From NCBI RefSeq assembly GCF_009914755.1, contig NC_060931.1: a stretch of 64,000 nucleotides of DNA. One strand, 5' to 3'. The stretch comes from the human T2T-CHM13v2.0 reference genome, Homo sapiens. The position numbers were made by a program, and so were the translations under genes. The notes beneath the pieces are model-generated. The model saw nothing but the letters and a program-made list of their open reading frames with translations, ran no database searches and had not been told where the DNA came from. Below, in pieces: positions 26,544 to 39,402 of the stretch. The stretch's first letter is position 1; each line of letters begins with the position of its first letter.

Positions 26544-28306
26544 ATGATCATTTCAATTGACACTGAAAAAGGATTTGATAAAATTCAACAACCTTCATGA
26601 TAAAAACCCCTTTAAAAACTGAGTACAGGAAGAACATACCTCAAAACAATAAAAGCCATATATGACAGACCCACAGCTGGTATCATACTTCATGGGGAAA
26701 AAATGAAAGCCTTTCCTTTAAGATCAGAAAAACAACAAGGATGCCCACTCTTAACACTGTTATTCAAACTAGTAGTGGAAGTCCTAGCTAGAGCAACAGA
26801 ACAAAAGGAATAAATAAAGGGTATCCAAATTGCGAAGGAAAAAGTCAAATTATCCTTGTTTGTAAATAATAGAATCTTATATTTGGAAAAACCTGAAGAC
26901 TCCACCAAAAAACTATTTGAACTAATAAACCAATTCAGTAACATTGCATTATACAAAATCAACATACAAAAATTAGTAGTATTTCTATATGCCAACAGCA
27001 AACAATCTGAAAAAGAAATCAAGAAAATAATCACATTTACAATAGCCACAAATAAATAAAATACCTAGGAATAAACTTAGCCAAAGAAGTGAAAGTTTTC
27101 TACAATTAAAACTGTAAAACATTGATGCAAGAAATTGAAGTGGACACAAAAAATGGAAAAATATTCTATGCTCACGGATTGAAAGAAAAAATATTGTTAA
27201 AATGTCCATACTACCCAAAGCAATCTACAGATTCAATGCAATCCCTATCAAAATACCAATGGCATTTTTCACAGAAATTGAAAAAATAATCCTAAAAGTT
27301 ATGTAGAACCACAAAAAACTCAGAATAGCCAAAACCATCCTGAGAAAAAAGAACAAAACTAGAGGGATGACATTACCTGACTTCAAATTATACTACATAC
27401 CTATAGTAACCAAAACAGCATGGTACTAGCATAAGAACAGACTCATAGACCAATGGAACAGAATAGAGAACCCAGAAACAAATCCACACACCTACGGTGA
27501 ACTCGTTTTCCATAGAGATGTCAAGAACATACATTGGAGAAAGGACAGTCTCTTCAATTAATGGTGCTGGGAAAATTGGATCTCTATATGCAGAGAATGA
27601 AACTAGACCCCTGTCTCTCACCATAAACAAAAGTCAAATCAAAATGGATTAAAGCCTTAAATCTAAGACCTGAAACTATAAAACTATTAAAAGAAAACAT
27701 TGGAGAAACTCTCCAGGACATTGGTTTGGGCAAAAGATTTTGTGTTCCAAAATCTTTTGTAAAAGCACAGGCACCCAAAGCAAAAATGGACAAATGAGGT
27801 CACATCAAGTTAAAAAGCTTCCACACTGCAAAGGAAATAATCAACAAAGTAAAGAGGCAATCCACAGAACAGGAGAAAATATTTGCAAACTATTCATCTG
27901 ACCAGAACATATAAGAAGCTCAAACAATGCAATAGGAAAATAAACATAATAATCTGATTTTTAAATGGGCAAAAGATCTGAAAAGACATTTTTTAAAGAA
28001 GACATACAAATGACAGGTATATGAAAACATGCTCCATGTCATTGATCATCAGAGTAATGCAAATCAGAACTACAATGAGGTATCATCTCATCCCAGTTAA
28101 AATGGCTTTTGTCCAAAAAACATGCAATAACGAACGCTGGCAAGGATGTGAGGAAAAGGGAACTCTTGTACACTATTGGTGGGAATGTAAATTCACACAG
28201 CCACTGTGGAGAATAGTACAGAGGTTCCTCAAAAAACTAAAACTAAAACTATTATATGATCCAGCAATCCCACTGCTAGGTATATACCAAAAAGAAAGGA
28301 AATCAA

Positions 28307-28604
28307 GGCCCAGTGCAGTGGCTCACACTTGCCAGCTGAGGCAGGAGGATAGCTTGAGCCCAGGAGTTAGACACCAGCATGGCCAATATAGGGAAACTTC
28401 ATCTCTACAACATAAAAATAGAATAATCAGCTGGGCATGGTTATGTGCACCTGTGGCCCCAGCTACTTGGGAAGCTGAAGAGGGAGAATTTTGCTTGAGC
28501 CCAGGAAGTCGTGGCTGCAGTGAACCATGATCATGGCACTGTACTCTAGCCTGAGCGACAGAGTGAGACCCTGTAAAAATAAGAAAGAAGGAAGGAAGGA
28601 AGGA
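28307..28604 (+). mobile_element. AluJ with a small left-arm deletion and (GGAA)n tail
   Basis: ggaggatagcttgagcccaggag; ggctgcagtgaaccatgatc; gagtgagaccctgt. Confidence 0.9.
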
Positions 28605-29001
28605 TATTAAAGAGATATCTTCACTCTCATGTTTATTGCAGCACTATTCACAGTGTCCAAGGTTTGAAAGCAACCAAAGCATCCATCAGCAAATGAATGG
28701 ATAAAGAAAATGTGGTATATATACACAATGGAGTATTAGTCGTCCATAAAAGAGAATGGGATCCTGTCATTTGCAACAACATGGCTGGAACTAGAGGACA
28801 TTATGTTAAGTCAAATGAGCCAGGCTCAGAAAGACAAACTTTGCATGTTCGCACTCATCTGCGGGAGCTAAAAAACTAAAACAGTTGAACTCATAGAGAT
28901 AGACAGTAGAATGATGGTTACCAGAGGCTGGGAAGGGTAGTGGGCTTGGGAGAACAGTTAATGGATATAAAAATATAGTTAAATAGAATGAATAAGAGCT
29001 A

Positions 29002-29303
<302 letters not shown>

Positions 29304-29549
29304 GCTAGTATTTGACAGCACAACAGGGTGATTACAGTCAATAATAATTTATTATACATTTAAAAATAACTAAAGAGGTATAATTATAATGTTTGTAACA
29401 TAAAGAAGTAATAAATACCTGAGGTGATAGACACCCCCATTTACCTTAATGTGATTATTGCACATTGTATGTCTGTACCAAATATCTCACATGCCCCATA
29501 AACATAAACACTTACTATGTACCCATAAAAAATTTTTAATGTAAAAAAA

Positions 29550-29827
29550 TTTTGAAAAAAATTGAATTGTTTCATCCATACTGAATATAGGCAGACTTTT
29601 TTTCTTGTCATTATTCTGTAAACAATATAGTAAAACAACTATGTACATAGAATTTACATTGTATTAGGTATTATAAGTTATTTAGATATGATTTAAAGTG
29701 TGCCAGGGACATGTGAAGGTGATATGCAAATACTGCCCTACTTTGTATAGGGAACTTGAGCATCTGTGGATTTTGGTATTCTCAGGGTTCTTGGAACCAA
29801 TCCCTTTTGGATACCAAGGGATGACTG
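29550..29827 (+). mobile_element. MER2 right part
   Basis: cagactttttttcttgtcattatt..tttacattgtattaggtattataag..ggaaccaatccc..ggataccaagggatgactg, followed by TA. Confidence 0.88.
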
Positions 29828-30000
29828 TATATACATTTGTAGATATATACAGAATATTAATCCTGACCTGACTACCACAAAACATAATCATTGCCTACTT
29901 TTCTTGGTCTCAGGCCTCCTTATGGGGTTGGAAGAAGCAGGTGCAGAGAAATTTTAAAACAATATTATCTCGAAATCATTTAATGTTGCATAATATATGA

Positions 30001-30028
30001 GTGTGCGCGTGTGTGTGTGTGTGTGTGT
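30001..30028. repeat. (GT)n with embedded GCGC (alternating purine-pyrimidine)
   Basis: gtgtgcgcgtgtgtgtgtgtgtgtgtgt. Confidence 0.9.
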
Positions 30029-30049
30029 ACTTGCATGTGACTTTTACAA

Positions 30050-31770
30050 AAACAACAATAAAAAGTAAAGTGTCCAGGAATAGAAGCACAAAAAATCTAC
30101 ATGGAGAAAATTATAAAACCTAAATTAAAGACATTTTAAAAGGTTTAAATACATACAGAAACATACCATGATCATGTAAAGGGAATCTCAATGTCATAAA
30201 GATGGCAAACTTTCTCAAATCCCAAAGTTAATCTATAAATGTAACATAATTCTAATAAAAATTCAAACATGAATTTTTATGGAATTAGGCATAACTGATT
30301 CCAAAATGTATGTAGAAAGTCAAAGGGCCAAGAATAGTCAAGATATTTCTGAGGAAGAACCAGATTGGAGGGCTTGTTCTACCATGTAAGACTTATTACA
30401 AATCTACAATAATTATTAGAGCATGTATTAATACAGGGTTAGAAAAATTGATAAACAGCATCAAATAGGAGTCCAGAAATAGACTCACGCATAAATAAAA
30501 ATTAGTATACAACAGAGTTGGCATTGCAGATAACTGAAGAAAGAGGGTTCTACAAAACATATTACACTGGGAAAATAGTTAACAAAATGCAAAAAAATTG
30601 AAATAGATTTAACTCACGCTGGCCACAAAAATTAGTTTCAGATGGATTAAATTATGAAGGATGCACAATATCTTTATTAGATTCACAAAAACTCACATGT
30701 ACTCCAAAAATGTGTACAACTATGATATATCAATTAAAAAAGAAAAGCTCAAACCCTAAAGGAAAAATAGTAAATTTTCCCATAATAATATTAAGAACAC
30801 TGTTCATCAAAAGACACCATAAAGTAAATTGAAATACAAGCCACGAACTAGGCCCAGAGATTTATAAAACATGTAATCAACAAAGAATTATATCCAACAA
30901 ATAAAGCAATAAAGATAAAATGAACGGCCCAATTAAAATGAGCAAAAGACATGAATAGGCATCTCAAAAAAGAAACATGAATGACTCACAAACATGAAAA
31001 AACACTTAGCATCATTACTAATCAAGAAAATGCAAATTCAAACCACAGTGAGATACCATTTCACACTAAACAGAACGTTAAAAATCAAGAGGTATGTCGG
31101 TGAGGATGTGGACACTGGTGAGAAAGTAAAATAACATAAACACTATTAAAAATATTTGGCTCAAATTTAGAATATGCATACTCTATAACCTAGTAATTCC
31201 ACTCTTAGGAATATATGTTTAAGAAATACTTGTGTGTGTGCCCCAGAAATTCAGAGCATGTAAATATTTATAGTAGCATTGTTTCTAATATTTTAAAAAA
31301 ACTGGAAACAATCCAAGTATCCACCAACAGGAGAACAATTGAGGTCAAATAATAGAATACTATACAAAATAAAAAATAACTGAACCTCAGCTATACACAG
31401 CAACAAAATTAGTCTTAAAAACGTAAGTGTGATCCAAAAAAAAGCAAGTTGCAGAAGGTACATGAAGATATAATTTAGTTTATATCAAATTTATAAGCTC
31501 ACAAAACTAGGTGATTTATTACTTAAGGATATATACAATATGTGGTATAACCATAAAGGAAAACAAGGAAATTAATAACACAATATTCAGGATTGTGATT
31601 ACATCTTAGAGACAAGAGATGGGATTGAGAAAAGGCTTACAATATCAGGAAATTTCAAGGTATTGCTATAGTCTATCTCTTTAGCAAGGCAGTGGGTACA
31701 TGGCTGTTTATTTTCTTATTTTTCCTGTATATTTACATTGTACGCACTCTTCATATATTTCAAAAATTAA
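30050..31770 (+). mobile_element. Old L1ME ORF2 3' half and 3'UTR (right part of host element)
   Basis: aaagttaatctataaat, caaagggccaagaatag, atgcaaattcaaaccacagtgagataccatttcac, cctagtaattccactcttaggaatata; roughly collinear continuation of 19140-20045. Confidence 0.75.
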
Positions 31771-34659
31771 AAGTCATCTTACAAAAGGGGGCCATCCATT
31801 CAGTAGGAGCTTAATGGCTGTCATTTTTCCTCATATTCTCCATAGCTGATCCAATACAGAGATTATCGTAGTGTTATTAATTAATTTCATCTTACACTGA
31901 AAATGAAGGGTAAGTATAAGTGGAGAGCTTAATGATACCATGATACTGAGACTTAGGGAAGTCCCATGAAATCCAACTACCATTTCCCTGGTAAGGTAAG
32001 CAGTAACTGCCTAGAAGAAATAAGACAAGGAAATTAATGGAATGGAGCTGAGACTTCATTATCAGAAGGGATTATCAGGTGTCTTGCACCACTTCCTGTT
32101 ATTCACTACCCAACTCCAGAACTTCTTCAGCTTCTACCTATCAATTCCCCAAGTTGTTCATTGTTGGAATAGGTAGGGAAAAACAGCCAAAGGCAGAGAA
32201 AGATCAGTTTAAAAGGAAATGATCCACCACCTTTAAAAAATAACTCTGGTCAAACCAGCACAGAGAGACAAGGTCACAGGGATCCTGGCCCCAGAGAAGG
32301 CTTTCCCCTAATGCTCCTTGTCTTGATGTCAGGGTTCCTTATGAAGTGGGAGAAGCCAATGCAGGACATTTTTTAAAAAAATAAAGTTATATCTCAAAGT
32401 CGTTTCATGTTGTCTAATAAAACAGTAAAGATAAATTCAAAACATCTATCGGTCTGCCAACAATGCTACTACCACAAGCTCACCCTCCCCAAACTGAACC
32501 AATCTCTATAGTTCTATTATACACATTTATTAATGTCATGCAACTGGTAAAAATGCCCAAAAGTGACATGAAAAAAATCTGGTGCCAGAGTGGGAATGTA
32601 TACTTTAAAACCTTATTTTAAATCAAATTCTTTCATAGCTTGGTTTCTATTCAGTTTAACTTAATTTCTTTCAGGACCTGGGCCAGCAATCACACTAATT
32701 TGCATGACCACCACTGTTAAAACAGACCCCTTAGTTCTCCATGAATGACCTTCTATATACTATCAGACTTTTGGTGCATAAATCAATTGCCCTTATTCTA
32801 GTAGAACTGGGGCAGGAGTAGAGAGAATTGACTGTAGCTACAAAGTTGCCAAACTGTAAGAGAAAGAAATAAAAAGCAACCCTGTAAGAAGTAAAGCAAA
32901 ACTAGTGAAATGAAGTATACTAGTAGGCCCTACTCCAAGCAGGGGCATTATTAGGCCATGTGTATATAACTTTTCGCTTGAGCAGTTCTATCTAGGAAGC
33001 AATATTTTTGGTTGTAATTGGTCCACCGCCACTTCCAGCCTGATACCATCTTCTTGAAGGTCAGTAATTATTCATTTATTCTAATTGGGAGGGAGATCGC
33101 AAAGAAGAAAAGATACCTGTGCTTCAGCAGCTTACAATCTAAGAGGGAGAATATGTGTGACGACCCAAAGGCAATGTGAGAGTCTTCCAGCTACTTGCAG
33201 CCTTGATGACTTAATACATTCTGTATTTTAAAACCATTGCTATTCATGTCTTAGTCATTTTATCCCTGTGGATCAAGAGTTGTAACACCATTGTTTATTT
33301 AGCACAGTTAAAGCTCAAAGGAGAGGAACCTAGAATGTATATACTTGCATAAGTCTGGATCTGTTTTAATGACTCATAAATATGTCTACAACAAAGAAAA
33401 TCTGCCCATCTCTTTTTCTCTTCATCTAATTGCATTCTTCCCCTAGCAATGTAAAATAGAGAAGAACAAGGCTTTACAGGCAGGCATAGCTAGGTTTCTA
33501 GTGTGAACCTAGTTGAAAATCAATAAGATTTTCCTTATTCATTCTACAGTTATCGGCTCAGGGTGGGAAAGTGGAATCTTCCAGCGGTGAGTAAATGGAT
33601 GATGCCAAATATTTCATCTTCTCTTGTCAAATTTTCTGGTTGGATTTTTTTTAACCATAACTAAGAGAGATCCTTCTTGTTAAGAGTCAAGAAATCTATC
33701 AAAGAGATGCTTTATCAATTACTAAGGAGTGGAGAAACTCAGAATTCCTACTGTTAGAGCAGAACAAATACTTCCATAAGATGAATTAAGTTATTAAATC
33801 AGCGGTTTTCAAACCATGAGCTCTGAAAACCCAAGGGCTCTACCAAGGTACCTTTGCAGAGTCCTTAAAAAGCAAACACTGTAGTCATACAAGATATTTC
33901 AATCACGATGGCCTCTTTTTTGGACTCTGCAACAAGAAACAGAATCAGAAACAAAAAAGCAAGAAACAAAACCAACAAAATCTAAGACAGAATGAATGCT
34001 TCCACAACTTGGAAGTGTTTCATTGGCCTGGCTGTCATTTCGAAGGATCCTGTCCACACAGTAAATAGTACTTACACCAGACTTGATTTCAAAAATAATT
34101 GGGGAAAGGGTAAAGATAATGAAAGGTTTCAGTCTACTTAGTGTTGGCCACTTCTCAAATACTATATGTTTTGCTACATAGTCTCTCAAATTGTAAGGCC
34201 ACTTTCAATTCCAAATAGCTCTTCCTCTAGATTCAAGAAGGTGGTCCTGCTATTTCCATAGTCTCTGTCTGAGGTCTGAGAAGATTGACACTCACCATAA
34301 AATATTGCTAAAAATATTTTAGATTTGGCAAATGTAATCAAATTTTTGCCTTCTGAATGGTTTCCCTGAGTTTTCTTTCTGAGGACATTTCAAGAAGAAT
34401 TTAATTTTCACTTATCTGATTAATTTGCACTTCACCTTTCATAATATTTTCTAACAGCTATTTCATAGCCAAGAAAGAAATGAGCCTTTTAATACTTTGG
34501 GTCTGCAAATGAATAAGCCATATTTTCCACAAAATGAAATACTAAAATTAAGTAAACTTGGTGACAGGCCTCCAAACTCAAAATACTTATAGAATTGATA
34601 CTTAGCAAACTCAATTAATCCAAATGTTTTAAAATCACCTAGAATGTAGAAAGCCCTAT

Positions 34660-35580
34660 GCTAATATACTGAGTAGGTACAGAAAAATGAACAAAAATAC
34701 TGTCTTTTCCTTCACAGAGGAAAAGACACCACCTATTGGATAAGGCCAGTGATACAAAACTAAAACAAAATGTGATGAATGTGAAAGAAATGGGATTCAA
34801 AAGGTTCTGTTGGGGGGCAGGGGTCACATGTGTAAAACTACCAATCACAATTGGGGGTTCTAATGTCAGTTTCCTAGAGAAAATGTCAGTTTATTTGGGA
34901 ATTAAAGATGTGCTGAGTTTTTAACAATAAAATAGGGGGTAAAATACATTGCAGATGGAGACTAACATGACCAAAACCATGAAGGTGTGAAAATATGTTC
35001 CATATTGGAGGAAGTATAAAATGATCGGTGTGGCAGGAACAAAGGGTGCTTGGCATGAGCAAGGTGTGGTAGTAAAGAAGTTCAGCTAACAGGTTGGTCC
35101 AGATTATTAAAGGCCTTGAATGTCCTGCAAAGGAATTAGAACTGGTCTTTAGCAAATCGTAGCAAAATTAGAACACATCTTTAGCAAAGCTCAGGCAAGG
35201 AGCAATGTTGGCCTGAACCAACATAATGGTAATCAGATGGGAAGAGGTCAGGGCAAGAAACATTCGGGAGACTGAAATAATCAGGATAAATGGATACTCT
35301 TAATGTGCATCCAACGGGGTGCATCGGGGGTGCAGAGGTCTAGGGTGATTCCTAGGTCTCTCCATAGCCATTATATAAGATAGAGATCACTGTAGATCAA
35401 CAGACTTGAAGGAAAACATCACAACTTAGATTGGAGCACTTGAACTCCAGAAGCCAGTTAAATATACGTAGGTAATGGTAAAAAATACAGTTGACAAGTG
35501 GGCCTGTTCTCCAGAAAAAAAAAAATGACCAAAATTAGAGCCAAAGATTTGGAAGGGCCAGATTAAGGCATATGGGCATG
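34660..35580 (-). mobile_element. L2 fragment
   Basis: aaggccttgaatgtcctgcaaaggaatt; ggcctgaacc; gagccaaagatttggaa. Confidence 0.5.
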
Positions 35581-35637
35581 AGAACTAGGCTAAATTGTGG
35601 CACACTCCTTTAAATCAATATTCTTTTAATACCTGAT

Positions 35638-36002
35638 TGTATTAGCTTTCTAGAGCTGTCATAACAAAGTACCACAGTGGCTAAAACAACAGAAATTTAT
35701 TTTCTCACAATTCTGGATGCTAGAAGTCAGGATCAAGGTGTTGGCTTCTTCTGAGGCCTCTCTCCTTAGCTCGTGGCTGTCTTCTTGTGTCTTCACATGG
35801 TCCTCCCTCTAGATCCTGTGTTCAAATGTTCTTTTCTTATAAGGACACCAGTCATATTAAATTAGGACCAACCTTAATAACTTCATTTTAACTTAGTTAC
35901 CTCTTTTAAAATCCTATCGCCAAATATAGTCCCATTTTGAGGTATTTGGAGGTTCAATGTCAACAAATAAATTTTGGAAGGGACACAATTTGGCCCATAA
36001 CA
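35638..36002 (-). mobile_element. MaLR solo LTR (MLT1B-like)
   Basis: tgtattagc..gctgtcataacaaagtaccac..cttataaggacaccagtcatatt..gggacacaatttggcccataaca. Confidence 0.85.
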
Positions 36003-36264
36003 CCAGTCAATGTTTATTGGGAGGAGACATGGAGCATTGTGTAGGAATTAGTGGAGAAGGAAAACCGCCAGGGACAAATGAGTTAGTCAGCTTATCTTCA
36101 AATTGCGCACCTTGCTCAGCAAAACAGAAATGCTGGAGATAACAAGACTCATTTTCCCAGGGTGGCAGTTTAAAATCACCTTTGGTAATTGAGCATGCTG
36201 GATTGTTTGAAGGACTTAATATACTGACTCTAACATGTATATGGATGAACATAAAGTGCATGAA

Positions 36265-36560
36265 TAGATTACCAGATATTAAGCCATACTACAAAGCCAG
36301 AGTAATAAAAGCAATGTAGGTACAGAGAAATAGAAAAATGGAATACAATACAGAGCTTAGAAACAGTGGGAATGTGACATATGATAAAGGTGGCATTACA
36401 AGTGGGTGGGGAAGTAATGAATTTTTAGCAAACTTGATGGCAAACTGGTTGTTTTATGGAAAAAAATAAATTTGTCTCATATGCAAAGGTGAATTCCAGA
36501 TGGCTTATAAAACTTACCTGTGAAAGGTAATATTATATGGTTGAATAGAAGAAAATATAG
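36265..36560 (+). mobile_element. Old L1ME ORF2 fragment
   Basis: taccagatattaagccatactacaaagc..atatgataaaggtggcattac..aattccagatgg. Confidence 0.6.
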
Positions 36561-36699
36561 GTTCTTTCCAGCCAGCACACTTTGATGGGCAGCTCTTAAA
36601 ACAACTGGATTAGTCTTGTTTTAATTTAGAACTTGTGAGTGTGCCCTGATTTCTGCTAGGACTTTGACTAAAGTAGTAATTGATACCAGGAATGAGGTA

Positions 36700-38110
36700 T
36701 GACAAGTAGATCCTCAAAATGAGATTCTGGGACTGAGTTTCTCCTCTTTGAAGAGCGCACAGAAAACCACCTTGCCAGGAGGACAGCAAACACTGGGAAT
36801 CCATGGCATACAGTAGCACTCAGGTATATAGGTCACTCAGATGGTCACCAGAGGTGGCATGAAGTGAATGTAGAGACCAAGGCTCTAGCAGACAGGGTGG
36901 CTCTTAATTGCTATGGTGACAATGGTGGTTATTAAAAATGATAGGGTGGAATGCTCTGGAAAGTATATTTAAAGAAAAAGATAAGCATAAAAGCTTGAAT
37001 TTCCAACCTTAGGGTTAAGTTTGTATGGTAGGGTAGAGGCACCTGATGGCGATAACTTAAGCATATGCTGAGAATGACCCTGTATGGCAGACACACCTGA
37101 ATGTGTGTTCAGAGTTCAGACAATGGCCAAACCGGAGATGTATTCCTTATCCATGAGGAACACACAACCCCCCACACTCTGCCACAGCTTGGCCTGTGGA
37201 ACGTGGTTCGTAGAGGGATCGAGGTTAAATGTTTTCTGTTAAATGAAGGTTGCCAGGTGGAGGTTGTTAGGGAGAGTGCTAACTGATGGTGCTTTATAAA
37301 CTGCTACATAAAGTGTGACAGTGGACAAGATATTTGCATGCTTTTTAAAAGTGGCAGCAGTTCTCCTGTCCAGCCTGCTGTCACTGGACCACCGTATACG
37401 CAGGTTTCCCTCAACAAACCCCATGTCTTGTTGGCTAGCTCTGGGTCTCTTATTTGGCTTCTCAAACCTGGTGCCATCCCTATTGGAGTCAATAAGGGTC
37501 TAGCACAAAAGGTGGAGAACCAGAGATCCTCTGTGGTGCTTTATAGATTTTCTTATCTCTGTACCTTCAGGGCAGATGTGGCTGAGAATCAGGCCAAGGT
37601 TTGATTGTAAGAGTTGGAATTGCCAATTCCAATTTAAATATACCAACCACCTGGTGTCTTTTTACTAAGATTGGAGACAGGTTGAAAAGAATTTGGCTTC
37701 TGATGATTGGGATGAGATATTTGGACAAACACAGCCAAGGCTGGTAGCTTTGAATCCCCAGATATCTCTGAATTACTTTCACAGGGATCTTGATTGAATT
37801 GTTTTTCCACAGAACATCACCCTGGTCCATTACCTTGTAATGCTATACTAATTGGATCTGATGAGTGAGCAAAAGCAAGCACCTCAAATGCCTTAATAAG
37901 ATACGTGTGCTGGAGAGAGACAAATAAAGCAAGGAAAGTTTAAGGGCCCTGCTCCATGGGGAAGTTTCTATGAAACCAGTGTTCTGGAGCATATTGCGAT
38001 ATTCCTTCTAAAGGAGAGAGACATATTGCTTCCAGACTTCCCACATTGAAGAAAGAGATACAACACCAGGTAGGCCTTCTTGGATTTTGGAGGCCACATG
38101 TATTTGACTG
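36700..38110 (+). mobile_element. ERVL-class internal relic (gag-like and RT fragments) interrupted by an LTR
   Basis: 37813 onward acatcaccctggtccattac (ITLVHY, just before the YxDD motif); aagggccctgc..gaagtttcta..ccagtg..ggagcat; ggccttcttggattttggagg match ERVL/HERV16-type pol as I recall it. Confidence 0.6.
37022..37510 (+). mobile_element. Solo LTR (LTR32-like, ERVL)
   Basis: ataacttaagcat..gagaatgaccctgtatggcagacacacctgaatgtgtgttc; TATA-like tttataaa; ggtgccatccctattggagtcaata. Confidence 0.7.
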
Positions 38111-38484
38111 TTACTCTGATATTTCATTACTATTCTAGAACACACCAGAAAGAAAAGTGAAATTGCATAAGCTCATTAAAAGTATGATAGTGGACAGGAT
38201 ATTTGTTTAATCCATTTTTAAGACTGACAATAATAACCAGACTAGTTGCCTCATTCTTGTTTGGTTGGTCAGTTGTTACATATTTGTGTATAGCCAGTAG
38301 GATGAATTTAAACTATATACAACTGTTTGTGTGTGTGACAGAGAGAGGGACAGACGGTGAGACAGAGACATAGAGACACAGATAAAATTAGAGAATGTGT
38401 TTTAAGTAAATTATTTAAAATACTGAAACTTTCAGGAAACTGATCTCCCTGAATGGAGACTTCTTTACCTACTTTGAAACCTTA

Positions 38485-38635
38485 CAATTTAAAGTGGGGT
38501 CCTCAAACCACAGGGATCGGGATCACCTAGGAGCTTTAAATGGCGTATCTCAGAACCACCCTGACCTACTGAATCAAAATCTGCATTTTAATAAAATCCC
38601 CAGGTGATTTTTATGCATATCAACATTCTAGACGA
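38485..38635. mobile_element. MER5 (hAT-Charlie)
   Basis: atcacctaggagc..gacctactgaatcaaaatctgcattttaataaaatccccaggtgat. Confidence 0.75.
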
Positions 38636-39074
38636 ATCAAGCTAAAATATGTGTTTATTTTGGAAGATGCACTTGATGTGGGGGAAGCCCAGGTTTGCAA
38701 CCTCAGTAGCTTCAAGAGTGCTGATGTAACCTAAGAAGTTCCTCCTTCTTACTCGAAATAAAGCCTTAGGTTTCCACCTTGTACATTACCAGGAACCCTT
38801 TGGGCTAAAAAGAGAAAATTTGAATGAGACCCACTGATAACTATAACAGATACCATTGGTAATCTCATCTCTGAAGTTTGTCTTTAAAGATTCTAGTTCT
38901 AGACAAAACCCTACATCTTTCTTTGTCTCAAAACAAATATATATGAGGCTGAAAGACCACTGGAATGAGTCTTTGCAGATCCAGCGCCTCTGGGTCTTCA
39001 CATATGGCATTATCTCTGTCTACTGCACTCTTTCCACAACACCCCCGCCCTTCCACTGGCTAACTCCTACATGA

Positions 39075-39402
<328 letters not shown>

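Noticed and set aside
24473-28530. L1 ORF2 fragments as an active retrotransposon
   Set aside because: Many stops and frameshifts, an ORF1 deletion and nested insertions; the element is dead.
28021-28530. Longest ORF in the window (169 aa)
   Set aside because: Chance read-through from the L1 ORF2 C-terminus into an AluJ.
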